A stretch of DNA of 59,158 bases. It comes from a virus (lineage: Duplodnaviria; Caudoviricetes). The stretch lies in the IMG/VR virus record IMGVR_UViG_3300035683_000206, positions 1 to 59,158 of that record, one strand, 5' to 3'. How positions within the stretch are numbered: the stretch's first letter is position 1; each line of letters starts with the position of its first letter. The notes below the pieces were generated by a model that saw nothing but the letters and a program-made list of their open reading frames with translations, was not told where the DNA came from and did not search any database. The translations under genes were made by a program, and so were the position numbers. This document shows positions 9,964-19,671 of this stretch, piece by piece.

Positions 9964-11793
9964 GTGGTGGCCCTGGCGCCGGCGGTGCTGCCGGCGGACC
10001 TGTTCGCGGCGCCCGACCAGGAGGAGATGCTCCGGAAGCTCGCCCGCCCCGCGGAGCGCGAGCCGATCCCGGTGGACGCGCAGTGGCAGAGGGACGTGGC
10101 GGTGGTGCCGCTGGCCATGGGCGGGCAGGTGCGCTGTGTCCTCCTCCCCCGGGCCGAGGCGATCGAGCTGATCCAGCGCGAACGGGAGATCGTTCGCCGC
10201 GGGACGGCCGAGCAGCAGGCGGCCGAGCGGGAGCGCTGCCGGCGGGACCGGCTCTACTTCATCGGCCGCTGGGTGGACGTCGAGACGAAGTTCCCGATCG
10301 GCAAGGAGAGGTCGGTCCCCTTCGCGCTCTTCCCGTACCAGGTGCGGAGCATCCGGCTCTACGACCAGGCGCGTGCGGAGCGGAAGGGGATCTTCCAGGA
10401 CAAGAGCCGCCAGCTGGGCGAGTCCTGGCTGATGATGGCGCTCTTCCTGGCCGACCTGCTCTTCGAGGAGCAGTGGAACGGGCTCGTCACCCACCGGAAG
10501 GAAGTCGAGGTCGACGATGGCGGCCGCGGCTCCACGACGAAGAGCCTGCTCGGGCGCCTACGCTTCATGTACGAGCGCCTCCGCTCGGTGGCGGGGTGGC
10601 TGGCGGCCGAGCTGGAGATCAAGCACCTGCTGATCCGCAACCCGGCCCTCGGCAGCTTCATCGTCGGCGAGGGCAGCAGCCCCAGCATCGGCCGCGGCGC
10701 CACGTTCAAGGCCTGGCTCGCCGACGAGTGGGCCCACACGGAGCAGTCGGAGAGCGCCTGGGCCTCGGCGGACGAAGCGGTCGAGTGCCCCATCCTCAAC
10801 AGCACCCCTGAGGGCACGCACAATCACTTTGGCCGGATGCACGGGGCGCTCTCCGACCCGAAGAGCGATGGGGACCTCCAGGTCCGCCAGCGCTTCCTGG
10901 TCAACCGGGTGCACTGGAGCGAGAACCCGATCTACTCGATCGGGATCGAGCGGGACGCGGAAGGCAAGTTGACGTCGCCCTACTACCGCAAGGCCACGTC
11001 GACGAAGACCGTCGAGAAGGCCGCCCAGGAGTACGACATCAACTACTCGGTGTCGCTGCCCGGGCGCTTCTACCCCGAGTTCGCCTTCGGCACCCACGTG
11101 CCAGGCGAGCCGATCCCGCTCCGGCACGGCTGGTGGTACTACCTCTCGGCGGACCACGGCCTCGCCGACACCGAGGTGTGGGGCCTCTGGCAGACGGACG
11201 GCCGTGCGCGGCTGGAGCTGGTCGACGAGTGGCACTCCGTGCCGGCCGGGATGACGACGGGCGCGAACCTGACCAGCGCGCAGGTGGCCGTCGGGGTTTG
11301 GAACTGGCTCGCGGGCTGGGATCTCGACATCTGGCGGATGCAGGCCATCATCGTCGACCCGGCCGGCGGCGCGCGGGACCAGACGAGCGGCCAGTCGCAC
11401 CACGAACTGATCTACGCCACCTGGTTGCGCATGGCCGGCTCGGGCCAGCGCTTCCCGCCCGACTTCACGCTCGCCGACAACAGCGTCTCCCAGGGAATCG
11501 ACTCGGTTCGCTCGCTGCTCCTGGGCTCGTACGATGGGCAGCCCTTCGAGCTCTTCTTCAGCCCCCGGGCGGTGCTGACCATCGACTCGATCCAGAACTA
11601 CCGCAGGCGCGTCACCAGCAAGGGCCTGGTCACCGCCGACGAGCTCCAGGACTGGACGAACCACGCGGCCGACATGGTCCGCTACATGGTCCACACCGTC
11701 TACCCGGCGATCGCCGACGCCGTCGCGGCCGCCACCACCCCCCAGCCCTACACCGAGGCCGTCTCCCCCCGGAGAGCGAGCGGACACAGATGA
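9964..11793 (+). CDS. terL: Terminase large subunit
   Basis: LFPYQ, KSRQLGES, LADE, NSTPEG, nuclease SADHG and DWTNHAAD. Confidence 0.93.
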   Translation: MVALAPAVLPADLFAAPDQEEMLRKLARPAEREPIPVDAQWQRDVAVVPLAMGGQVRCVLLPRAEAIELIQREREIVRRGTAEQQAAERERCRRDRLYFIGRWVDVETKFPIGKERSVPFALFPYQVRSIRLYDQARAERKGIFQDKSRQLGESWLMMALFLADLLFEEQWNGLVTHRKEVEVDDGGRGSTTKSLLGRLRFMYERLRSVAGWLAAELEIKHLLIRNPALGSFIVGEGSSPSIGRGATFKAWLADEWAHTEQSESAWASADEAVECPILNSTPEGTHNHFGRMHGALSDPKSDGDLQVRQRFLVNRVHWSENPIYSIGIERDAEGKLTSPYYRKATSTKTVEKAAQEYDINYSVSLPGRFYPEFAFGTHVPGEPIPLRHGWWYYLSADHGLADTEVWGLWQTDGRARLELVDEWHSVPAGMTTGANLTSAQVAVGVWNWLAGWDLDIWRMQAIIVDPAGGARDQTSGQSHHELIYATWLRMAGSGQRFPPDFTLADNSVSQGIDSVRSLLLGSYDGQPFELFFSPRAVLTIDSIQNYRRRVTSKGLVTADELQDWTNHAADMVRYMVHTVYPAIADAVAAATTPQPYTEAVSPRRASGHR

Positions 11794-13493
11794 TGATGAA
11801 CTTCGGCGCCGCGGTGATGCGGCTCCTCCAGCAGCTGGTCAACCCGACCGCGCTGATCTCGGCCGGCTCGGTGGACTGGATCCCCACCACCCACCTCGAT
11901 CGGCTGCGGCAGTATGCGCTCTTCCGCGCTCTCGACGAGGGGCACTTCGCCACGCTCCTGAAGGACAAGGAGGACGGCAAGAAGCTGCGGGAGTACGGGG
12001 ACGCCGGCCTGATCAACGTGACCTCGCGCGACGCGGTCTTCGGCGACCAGCTCGGCTTCGACGTGCCCGGGGCCACCGACCAGGACAACGTGGGGGCGCG
12101 GGCGCGCAAGCTCCTCCTGGAGCGCTGGGGCGCCCGGGAGCGCTGGGCCACCCGCATCATCACCGGCGAGGGGGACGCCGCGGCCGTCGGGGACGCCGTC
12201 TACGAGCTCCGCGCCGACGGGACCCGCCTGCGGCTGCGCGGGCACTCGCCGGAGCACTTCTTCCCCGTGTGGGAGAGCGACGCCGGCGAGTTCACGGAGG
12301 CGTACCTCGCCTGGGAGGAGGAGAACACCGGGCAGTGGCCGGGCTCCACCGAGCCGCTGCCGCGCCTGCGCGCGCGCCTCGGCGACGTCGTGCTCTACCG
12401 GCGGCATTACCGGGTGGAGACGGCCGCCGGGGGGAAGCCGCGGTGCCTGGTGACGGCCGGCTGGTATAGCATCAAGATGGCCTCGGGGCAGCAAGACCAG
12501 CCCAGCCTGGACGACCTCACGCTGATCGCCGCGGAGCTCACGAGCTCGGGCACCCCGGTGGTGGACCTGGACACGGGCTTCGAGGACGTCCCGCTCTACT
12601 TCGTCCCCAACATCGAGAGCACCCGGCAGCCGTGGGGTCTCCCCGAGGCGCACGGCGTCTACCAGGTGCTCCTGGACCTGCAGAAGGATCACGCCGACCT
12701 GGCCGCGAACACGTACGCCAACGCGTTCCCGATCCTCTACGACGAGAACCCGCCCGTCGGCGCGGGGCGGGCGGTGCCCGGGGGTGGCGCGCCCACGAAG
12801 TCGCAGGAGACGTACAAGCCCGGGACCCTCTACAACGGCCGCAAGATCGGTGTGGTGGACCTGTCGAAGGGGAACGAGCTGCTCCTGGAGCACGAGCGCT
12901 TCCTCGTCGAGAAGGCGCTCACCAACAGCCGCACCACCGCGGTGGCCGCCGGCCGCGTCGCCCCGAACGAAGTGCCGAGCGGGGTGGCGCTGCTGATCGC
13001 CCTGATGCCGCTGGCGGCCAAGACGATGCCGAAGCGGGTCACCCGGCGAGACAAGCTCGGGATGCTGCTCAAGCACGCGCTGCGCTGGACGCGCGACCAG
13101 GCCGACCCCCGCGAGCTGCTCACCGACGCCGACCTCGCCGGCGCGGACCTCGTGCGCGGGCCGGGCGGGTGGCCGGCCGGGATCTGGGACGACGACCGCG
13201 CGTATCCCACCTTCGGGGCGATCCTCCCCATCGACCGCCAGCAGATGGCCACCAACGTCCGCGACCTGGTGGCCGCCAACGCGATGTCGCTGGAGACGGC
13301 CGTCGCCTGCCTCCAGCTGGCGGGGTTCCCGATCGACGACGCGCGCGCCGAGGTGGAGCGGATTCGCGAGGACCTCCAGCCGCCCGCCGGCGCGCCCGGG
13401 AGCGGCCTCGGGAACGAAGGGAAGCCGATCCCCATCCCTGGGCTCGATGACGAGGATGACGACGTCCCCGCCGACAAGGAGAAGGCGGCGTGA
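11790..13493 (+). CDS. Portal protein
   Basis: Follows TerL (ATGA overlap); 567 aa; SGVAL motif, S.ETA helix, acidic tail. Confidence 0.85.
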   Translation: MMMNFGAAVMRLLQQLVNPTALISAGSVDWIPTTHLDRLRQYALFRALDEGHFATLLKDKEDGKKLREYGDAGLINVTSRDAVFGDQLGFDVPGATDQDNVGARARKLLLERWGARERWATRIITGEGDAAAVGDAVYELRADGTRLRLRGHSPEHFFPVWESDAGEFTEAYLAWEEENTGQWPGSTEPLPRLRARLGDVVLYRRHYRVETAAGGKPRCLVTAGWYSIKMASGQQDQPSLDDLTLIAAELTSSGTPVVDLDTGFEDVPLYFVPNIESTRQPWGLPEAHGVYQVLLDLQKDHADLAANTYANAFPILYDENPPVGAGRAVPGGGAPTKSQETYKPGTLYNGRKIGVVDLSKGNELLLEHERFLVEKALTNSRTTAVAAGRVAPNEVPSGVALLIALMPLAAKTMPKRVTRRDKLGMLLKHALRWTRDQADPRELLTDADLAGADLVRGPGGWPAGIWDDDRAYPTFGAILPIDRQQMATNVRDLVAANAMSLETAVACLQLAGFPIDDARAEVERIREDLQPPAGAPGSGLGNEGKPIPIPGLDDEDDDVPADKEKAA

Positions 13494-13702
13494 TGGAGCA
13501 CGACACGAGCGAGGAGACAGGCGCTTCCTGCTGGTGCCGCCCGGCACGGCTGCAAGCCTGCCCGGAGTGCCTGGACACCCACCCGAACCCCGCGTGCTGG
13601 CGCTGTGACGGGTCCGGCTGGGTGTCGGAGTTCGATCCGGACGCGCCGGTGCACGTCGTCCACAATGACACCGACAGCATCCTCCGGGAGCTGCTCGGAT
13701 GA
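13493..13702 (+). CDS. Small Cys/His-rich protein
   Basis: CWC.P, CPEC, CWRCDGSG, VVHN; coupled at both ends. Confidence 0.65.
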   Translation: MEHDTSEETGASCWCRPARLQACPECLDTHPNPACWRCDGSGWVSEFDPDAPVHVVHNDTDSILRELLG

Positions 13703-14160
13703 AGGAGAACCGCGTGCTCCGCCTCCCGCGTGAGTGCCGCGCAGGGATCGAGGGGTTGTGCCGCGCGGCGGCCGGCGTGGAGACCGGGGGGCTGCTCCTC
13801 GGCGAGGCCCGCATGTGGCCGCTCTCCCGGTCAGGGTACGCGGTGCGGACCCTGACCGGGCCGGGGCCGAACGCCTCGGCCTCGGCCACCTCGCTGGACT
13901 GGGACAGCTCGTACGTGCTGGGATTCGCCCAGGCCGCCGCGCTCCTCGGTGGCGTCGACGTGCTGGGGCGCTGGCACAAGCACCCCTCGGGCAGCACCCT
14001 CCCGAGCCCCACCGACGTCGAGTGGGCCCACGCGTTCCGCGAGCTCCTGGCGCTGCCCGCCGTGGTGGACCTGATCGTTGCCTGCGTCGAGGACGAGCCG
14101 GTAGATTTCGCGGCGTACCTCTGCACGCCGGCGGGGTACAAGCGGATCACGTGCAGCTGA
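13699..14160 (+). CDS. JAB/MPN/Mov34 (JAMM) metalloprotease
   Basis: ETGGLLLG plus WHKHPSGSTLPSPTD, an intact E...HxH-x7-S-x2-D motif. Confidence 0.88.
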   Translation: MKENRVLRLPRECRAGIEGLCRAAAGVETGGLLLGEARMWPLSRSGYAVRTLTGPGPNASASATSLDWDSSYVLGFAQAAALLGGVDVLGRWHKHPSGSTLPSPTDVEWAHAFRELLALPAVVDLIVACVEDEPVDFAAYLCTPAGYKRITCS

Positions 14161-14169
14161 GGAGGGCGG

Positions 14170-14502
14170 ATGCCGAAGACGCTGGTTGACGATCGGGTTC
14201 GCCTGGAGGCATTCGCCTGGCGCGCGTACGTGGCCGTGCGGCAGGAATGGCAGGCGCTCGTCTTCACGCTCGACCTCGTGGTAGAGCAGTTCCCGCAGCT
14301 TGAGTTCCGCATGGAGGCGGAGGAGGGCGGGACCCAGAGGTACCGGTGTTCGATCGAGCAAGGCGCTCTCGACGGACACCCGGCTTACGTCGACGAGGTT
14401 GTTGGCGCCCTCCGGCAGTTCGTACCGGCGGGCACGCGCGATCGCGAGGAGCTCCGGCGGCGCGGCTTCCTGATCCACTCCACCCCTTGCTCCGAGCGGT
14501 GA
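14170..14502 (+). CDS. Hypothetical protein
   Basis: Strong RBS GAGGAGGG before ATG. Confidence 0.65.
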   Translation: MPKTLVDDRVRLEAFAWRAYVAVRQEWQALVFTLDLVVEQFPQLEFRMEAEEGGTQRYRCSIEQGALDGHPAYVDEVVGALRQFVPAGTRDREELRRRGFLIHSTPCSER

Positions 14503-14530
14503 GCAAGACGCTGCCGGAGATGCGCGTCCC

Positions 14531-14791
14531 TTGACCCCGCACCCCGCCCCTCCCCCGGGCTGGCCGCACCGCGAGCGCCGCGGCCTCGGCTTCCCACCAG
14601 GTCGGGATGGTGAGCACTTCGAGGCGATCGCCGATTGCTGGGTGGGGCCGCTGCTGCGCTTCCAGCTGAACCTGGAGACGCTGGAGGTGTTCCGGAGCGG
14701 GGTGGACGGGTGGGATCAGCCGCCCTGGTCGGAGCTGCCGCCGCGGGTGCGATCGAGGGTGTGGGACGCGCATCGAGACGACAACGCTTGA
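14531..14791 (+). CDS. Hypothetical protein (start uncertain)
   Basis: ORF fills the gap before the promoter. Confidence 0.45.
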   Translation: MTPHPAPPPGWPHRERRGLGFPPGRDGEHFEAIADCWVGPLLRFQLNLETLEVFRSGVDGWDQPPWSELPPRVRSRVWDAHRDDNA

Positions 14792-14816
14792 CGGGACGGC
14801 CGCGGCCGTCTACCTT
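14788..14816 (+). promoter_or_regulatory. Sigma70-like promoter upstream of the capsid genes
   Basis: TTGACG-N17-TACCTT. Confidence 0.6.
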
Positions 14817-14860
14817 CCACCTTCCACGGCCGCAGCAGCATCCACGGCCGAACCGAATTG

Positions 14861-14908
14861 ACGGGCAGGACGCCCCCGCGCTCAGCTGAGCGCGGGGGCG
14901 TTTTCGTT
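14861..14908 (+). terminator. Leader palindrome plus T-tract (repeat family 1, copy 1)
   Basis: ACGGGCAGGACGCCCCCGCGCTCAGCTGAGCGCGGGGGCGTTTTCGTT; near-identical copy at 32008. Confidence 0.7.
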
Positions 14909-15074
14909 TCCGGCCGGAGAATGCCGACGCGACCCCGGGCTCCTCTCCGGCCCGGCACGGCTGACGGCTGAACAGGTGGGTGGGAGAGCGGCAAGGCCGG
15001 CCAGCCGCGAAATCATAGCAAATGAATCGGCGTGGGACCGCGCCGGGCTGCCTCCCCCCACCACCCGACGACCC

Positions 15075-15127
15075 ACGGCCAGACGGCCCGCACGCCCACC
15101 CCGGCGCGTGCGGGCCGTTGCCGTTTT
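15075..15127 (+). terminator. Leader hairpin (repeat family 2)
   Basis: ACGGCCAGACGGCCCGCAC...GTGCGGGCCGT...TTTT; the 15-mer ACGGCCAGACGGCCC is also at 39684. Confidence 0.55.
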
Positions 15128-15198
15128 CGCACCGGCAGAAGCACCTGCCGGACCTTCGCCTGGACGGCGGCAACCGACTCACACGAGGACCTCTCCCC

Positions 15199-15966
15199 AT
15201 GCGCTTCCCGAGATCCAGCTCCCCCCGCAGGCCGCTCACCATCGCCCTGCTCGCGCTCGCCGCGCTGCCGGGGCACTTCGCCGACACGGGGGCCGGGGCC
15301 GGCGCTGGCGCAGGCACGGGCGGGGCCGGTGGTGCGAGTGGCCAGGGTGGAGCCGGTGGGACCGGAGCGGCCGGCGGCTCCGGCGGGGCGGGGCAGGGCG
15401 GAGCCGCCGGCGACGGTGGCCAGGGCGGCGGCTCCGGCGGCGAGACCCAGAGCCCGGTGCCGTACGACCGCTTCGCCGCGGTGGTGACGGAGCGTAACAG
15501 CGCCCAGCGCGACCTGGGAGTCCGCGACGCCGAGATCGTCCAGCTGCGCGCGCAGGTCACGCAGCTCCAGGCCGGCGACCAGACCGGCACCGTGACCCAG
15601 CTCCAGGCGCGCGTCACCGAGCTCACCACCCAGGTGCAGCAGGTGAACGACTACTTCGACACGCTCCTCGAGGCCGAGTACGGGAGCATGCCGGCGGAGT
15701 CCGCGGCGATGGTGCGCGACATCCCGGGCGGGCCCCGCGAGCGCTTCGCCTACCTCACCAAGCACCGGGCCCGGCTCACCGGAACCACGGGTGCGCCCAG
15801 CGGCGAGGGAGAGGGGAAGGCGAAGGGCAAGGAAGGCCCCGGGCACGAGAAGGCGCCCGGCGCCGGCGCGAAGGCCGGCGCCTCCGACTCGGCGAAGGGC
15901 TACACCGAGCGCCAGAAGTCCGCGACGGGCGGCGGCCAGAAGAGCGGCTGGGCCTCGATGCTCTGA
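15199..15966 (+). CDS. Capsid scaffolding protein
   Basis: Gly-rich linker, VPYDRF motif, coiled coil; upstream of decoration and capsid genes. Confidence 0.8.
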   Translation: MRFPRSSSPRRPLTIALLALAALPGHFADTGAGAGAGAGTGGAGGASGQGGAGGTGAAGGSGGAGQGGAAGDGGQGGGSGGETQSPVPYDRFAAVVTERNSAQRDLGVRDAEIVQLRAQVTQLQAGDQTGTVTQLQARVTELTTQVQQVNDYFDTLLEAEYGSMPAESAAMVRDIPGGPRERFAYLTKHRARLTGTTGAPSGEGEGKAKGKEGPGHEKAPGAGAKAGASDSAKGYTERQKSATGGGQKSGWASML

Positions 15967-16017
15967 TCCAGAGCACTTGCCCGAGCCTCATCACAAGCAC
16001 TCCAACCAGGCAGCACC

Positions 16018-16386
16018 ATGGACCTCCAGATCCGCGAGAAGACCACCCAGGAGACCCCCAACTTCCTGGACAGCGTCGAAACGCTGCGCTTCCGCACCGG
16101 CGGCGTGACGATCGACGCCACCACGGTGCCCGCCGACGGGGCGGGAAAGAAGATCATCAAGGGCGGGAGGCTCATCGAGTCGCTCGAAAATGGAAAGTTC
16201 CAGCTCATGCCGGCGGCGCCCACGGCCGGCCGCGAGTACGTCATGCTGTGGCGTACGCTCGACTGCACCAACGGCGACCAGGTCGGCGCGGCCATCGACC
16301 ACGGCCGCGTGCGGGAGGCCCGGCTCCCGGCACCCGTCACGGCCGCGCAGAAGCAGGTCCTCCCCGGCATCACCTTCCGCGCGTAA
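16018..16386 (+). CDS. Head decoration protein
   Basis: GKKIIKGG, HGRVREARLP, C-terminal ITF; between scaffold and MCP. Confidence 0.75.
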   Translation: MDLQIREKTTQETPNFLDSVETLRFRTGGVTIDATTVPADGAGKKIIKGGRLIESLENGKFQLMPAAPTAGREYVMLWRTLDCTNGDQVGAAIDHGRVREARLPAPVTAAQKQVLPGITFRA

Positions 16387-16439
16387 AGCGCGCGGCGGCC
16401 ACGCAGCTCCTCCATCCGCACTCGCACCCGCGACCATCC

Positions 16440-17669
16440 ATGCACACCCCGCTGTACACCCCCCTCGCCGCCCTCCTGGCGGTCCTGCTCGTGCTGGCGC
16501 TCCCCTCGGCGGCCGAGGCCGTCGCGTCGCGCCTGACCGTGGCCGCCGCCCCGGCGGTGCTCCGCCTCACCGCGCTGCCCGGGCGCTTCGGCGACCCCTC
16601 CGGGAACGACCTCCTCGACAGCGTGGAAGGCCTCGCGGCCGCCGACATCGAGGAGGTGGTCCGCAACGTCAACCCGTACGAGATGAACGGGGAGAGCACG
16701 CTGCTGGGCGACACGCTGTACCCGGACCACTCCCAGTCCAGCCTGGACCTCAAGTACCTCAAGGGCGCCAACAACGCTCCCGTCATGGCGAGCATCACCT
16801 CGCACATGGGCGAGTCGCCGCTCGTCGGCCGGGACACCCTCGGCCGGATGGAGGGCTCGATCCCCGCGCTGAAGCAGGCGCGCACGCTCGACGGCGAGGC
16901 GCTGATCCGGCTGCGCCGCGGCAGCAGCGAGCAGGTCCAGGAGGCCGTCACCGAGCTGTACGACGACGTCACCGCCACCCGCACCGGCATCGTCGCTCGC
17001 GTCGAGTGGATCCGCATGCAGGCCACCGGCAACGGCCGTGTGGTCTACAGCGAGGACGGCGTCCAGGTCGACGTGGACTTCCTGGTGCCGAACAACCACA
17101 AGGCGACCCTGCTCAACACCGCCCGGTGGGGCCAGGCCGACGCCGACATCATCGGCAACCTCGCCGCGTGGCAGGAGGTCCTGGTCGCCGACCGCGGCCA
17201 CCGCGCGGCTGTGGCGATCACCCGGCAGCCGGTCATTACCGCGATGCTCAAGGACCCCAAGATCCGGAAGGCAATCTGGGGCGTGAACGCCGACAAGATG
17301 CTGACCCTGGCGGACCTGAACGCGTTCCTGGAGCAGCAGCAGCTGCCGCGCTTCGTCTCGTACGACCTGCGCGCCCGCGTCATCCTCCCCAACGGCCTCC
17401 CCAGCTCGGTGCCGTTCTTCCCGGACAACAAGATCGCCATGCTGCCCGCGCTGGCCTCCGGCGCCCTCGGCAAGACCCGCCGCGCGCCGACGCCCGAGGA
17501 GGTCACCAAGGAGCTCGCCGAGGGGATCACCGTCACCGACGGCAAGCGGATCACCACCCGCGTCTACCTGTCCACCAAGGACCCGGTCGGGATGGTCACC
17601 CGGGCCGTGGCCAGCGCGTTCTGCAGCTTCGAGCGCGCCGAGGACGTCTTCCAGGCGCAGGTGCTGTAG
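16440..17669 (+). CDS. Major capsid protein (lambda E-like family)
   Basis: RVEWIRMQATGNG, VDVDF.VP, W...ADII; size and position. Confidence 0.88.
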   Translation: MHTPLYTPLAALLAVLLVLALPSAAEAVASRLTVAAAPAVLRLTALPGRFGDPSGNDLLDSVEGLAAADIEEVVRNVNPYEMNGESTLLGDTLYPDHSQSSLDLKYLKGANNAPVMASITSHMGESPLVGRDTLGRMEGSIPALKQARTLDGEALIRLRRGSSEQVQEAVTELYDDVTATRTGIVARVEWIRMQATGNGRVVYSEDGVQVDVDFLVPNNHKATLLNTARWGQADADIIGNLAAWQEVLVADRGHRAAVAITRQPVITAMLKDPKIRKAIWGVNADKMLTLADLNAFLEQQQLPRFVSYDLRARVILPNGLPSSVPFFPDNKIAMLPALASGALGKTRRAPTPEEVTKELAEGITVTDGKRITTRVYLSTKDPVGMVTRAVASAFCSFERAEDVFQAQVL

Positions 17670-17674
17670 CCCCT

Positions 17675-17708
17675 CACCACGTGCCCGGGGATCCCCGGGC
17701 ACGTGGTG
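17675..17708. repeat. Perfect 34-bp palindrome after the MCP gene
   Basis: CACCACGTGCCCGGGGATCCCCGGGCACGTGGTG. Confidence 0.85.
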
Positions 17709-17744
17709 TCTCCCGCCTCTCTCCACAACCAGACCTACCAGAGC

Positions 17745-18158
17745 ATGGCGAAGCAGAGCAACACCGAGGCACCCGCAGCGGGCGCCTCGCCCGGGACGGC
17801 GGCCGCCACGGCCGAGCCCACCCCCGCCGGCGGAGCCGCCCAGGCCGCGCCGCAGGGGCAGGCCCCCCAGGCCGCGGGCGCAGCCACCAACACCCCGGGC
17901 GCCGTGGTGCGTCCCTGGGAGGCCGGGAAGTCGGTCCCGCCGCCCCCGCCCACTGAGGCGGGGGCGTCCGCCTCCCCCGCCGCCGAAGGCGAGGCGGGCG
18001 AGGTGATGGAGGCGCTGGTCCACGTCCACCTGGGCGCGACGGATCTCGACGGGAACGGGCCGGAGTTCGCCCCCGGCGCGCCGATGCGCGTGACCGAGGC
18101 CGACGCCAAAGCGCTCGCCGCCGCCCGCGCTGCCAAGCCCGTCCGGCCCCGCAAGTAG
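17745..18158 (+). CDS. Ala/Pro-rich head accessory protein
   Basis: Typical post-MCP small protein with C-terminal PG..(V)TEADAKAL. Confidence 0.65.
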   Translation: MAKQSNTEAPAAGASPGTAAATAEPTPAGGAAQAAPQGQAPQAAGAATNTPGAVVRPWEAGKSVPPPPPTEAGASASPAAEGEAGEVMEALVHVHLGATDLDGNGPEFAPGAPMRVTEADAKALAAARAAKPVRPRK

Positions 18159-18162
18159 CACC

Positions 18163-18198
18163 AGCCCCGGCGGCGTCGCTGCCGCCGGGGCTCTTCTT
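18163..18198 (+). terminator. Intrinsic terminator
   Basis: AGCCCCGGCGGC-6nt-GCCGCCGGGGCT followed by CTTCTT. Confidence 0.6.
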
Positions 18199-18224
18199 CC
18201 CCACCCAGGCCACCAACGTCCACC

Positions 18225-18614
18225 ATGGAACCCACCCGGCCGCTCGACGTCACAGGCCTCCGCGAGGCCTTCCCGCGCGACGTGCAGGGCATGGAAGACG
18301 GCGAGCTCCGCGTGATGCTGGAGCTGGAGGAGGTCGCCCTCCGGGATCAGTTCGGGGTGACCCGGACCGATCCGGAAGCGAACGCGGCCGTGCGGCGCGC
18401 CATGCTGATGGGGTGGCTCTCCTTCCGGCAGCAGCTCCGGCAGATCGCCCAGGAGACCGTGGGCGTGGACAGCACATCGACCACGGCCGCGCGAGCCGGG
18501 GTGATCGACTTCACCTGGCCGGCTTTCGTCGGGATGGTCCTGGCCCGCGTGGCCACCGTGGAGGAGGCGGGCGTGCAGGAGGCGCCCAGCACCACCCAGC
18601 TCGTGCGCGGCTGA
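18225..18614 (+). CDS. Putative head-tail adaptor
   Basis: Position, size, QETVG motif. Confidence 0.55.
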   Translation: MEPTRPLDVTGLREAFPRDVQGMEDGELRVMLELEEVALRDQFGVTRTDPEANAAVRRAMLMGWLSFRQQLRQIAQETVGVDSTSTTAARAGVIDFTWPAFVGMVLARVATVEEAGVQEAPSTTQLVRG

Positions 18615-18615
18615 C

Positions 18616-19671
18616 GTGCCCATCCTCGGCCCCGGCACCGCCCTGGACCAGGCCGCCCTGGACCGTGTGCTCGCGCTCGCGCAGCTCTACGCCGGCGCAC
18701 GGGAGCGCCTGGAGGAGATCGAGCGGGAGCTCCGGGGCGGCACCTACCGCCGCGCGTACCTGGAGCGGCAGATTCGCGAGGCCTCCGCGGTGATCGACGA
18801 GCTGCTCGTGACCCACGGCGAGGCGCGCGCCGGCGCGGTGGCGGTGTGGGCGACCGAGGCGGTGCCCGCGGCGTACGGCCTCGGCGCCCGCATGGCGCTC
18901 GCCGACCTCTCCGTCCAGGGCATGACTCCGATCCGGGGCGCCGCGCGGACGCATACGGCGGCCGTCGAGGCGCTCCTCGACCGCTACCTGGACGACGCCA
19001 CGGAGATCATGGTGCGGCTGAAAGGCAACCTGGTGCGCGCGACCCGGCTGGTGATCGCGCAGGCGGGGCTGGGCGAGGAGATCGCGGCCGGGATGATCGG
19101 CGGGCTGCCCCGGCGCGAGACGTCGAAGCTGATTCGGCGGCGCCTGGAGGCGGCCGTCCGCGCCGAGCTGCCCGAGGGGGCGGTGATCGACCTGACCCAC
19201 GTCGAACTCGGCAAGCGGCGCATGCGCGTGGACGTCTACGCCGAGATGCACGCCCGCACCGAGACCGCCCGGGCGAGCACCGCCGGCACTCGCGTCCTCT
19301 CCAGCACCAACGGCGTGCGGCACGTCCAGGTCACCAGCCACAGCCACAGCCCGTGCATCTGCACCCCGTTCGAGGGGCGCATCTTCGCACTGGACCGCGG
19401 AGACCCCCGCTTCCCCCACGTGTCGACGATGCCGGGCGGCGGCTGCCCGATGCATCCCAACTGCGTCCACCGCGAGGCGCCGGCGGTGCTGGCGTTCCTG
19501 GAGGCACGCGGCGAGTTGGAAGGCCGCGACGAGATCCCCGCCGACTTCCGCGGCCGATCCCCGCGCGAGCTCGCCCAGCTGGTGCGCCGGCACAAGGCCG
19601 AGCTCGCCACCTACGCCGAGGCGCGCGACGGGATGATGCCCACCGACTTTCAGCTCAAGAGAGCAGCCTGA
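18616..19671 (+). CDS. Minor capsid / head morphogenesis protein (Mu F / SPP1 gp7-like)
   Basis: YAEMHARTE, CICTPFEGR, PMHPNCVH. Confidence 0.85.
   Translation: MPILGPGTALDQAALDRVLALAQLYAGARERLEEIERELRGGTYRRAYLERQIREASAVIDELLVTHGEARAGAVAVWATEAVPAAYGLGARMALADLSVQGMTPIRGAARTHTAAVEALLDRYLDDATEIMVRLKGNLVRATRLVIAQAGLGEEIAAGMIGGLPRRETSKLIRRRLEAAVRAELPEGAVIDLTHVELGKRRMRVDVYAEMHARTETARASTAGTRVLSSTNGVRHVQVTSHSHSPCICTPFEGRIFALDRGDPRFPHVSTMPGGGCPMHPNCVHREAPAVLAFLEARGELEGRDEIPADFRGRSPRELAQLVRRHKAELATYAEARDGMMPTDFQLKRAA

Noticed and set aside
13493-14791. CBASS or ubiquitin-like operon around the JAB gene
   Set aside because: No CD-NTase, E1, E2 or Ubl motif recognised in the neighbours
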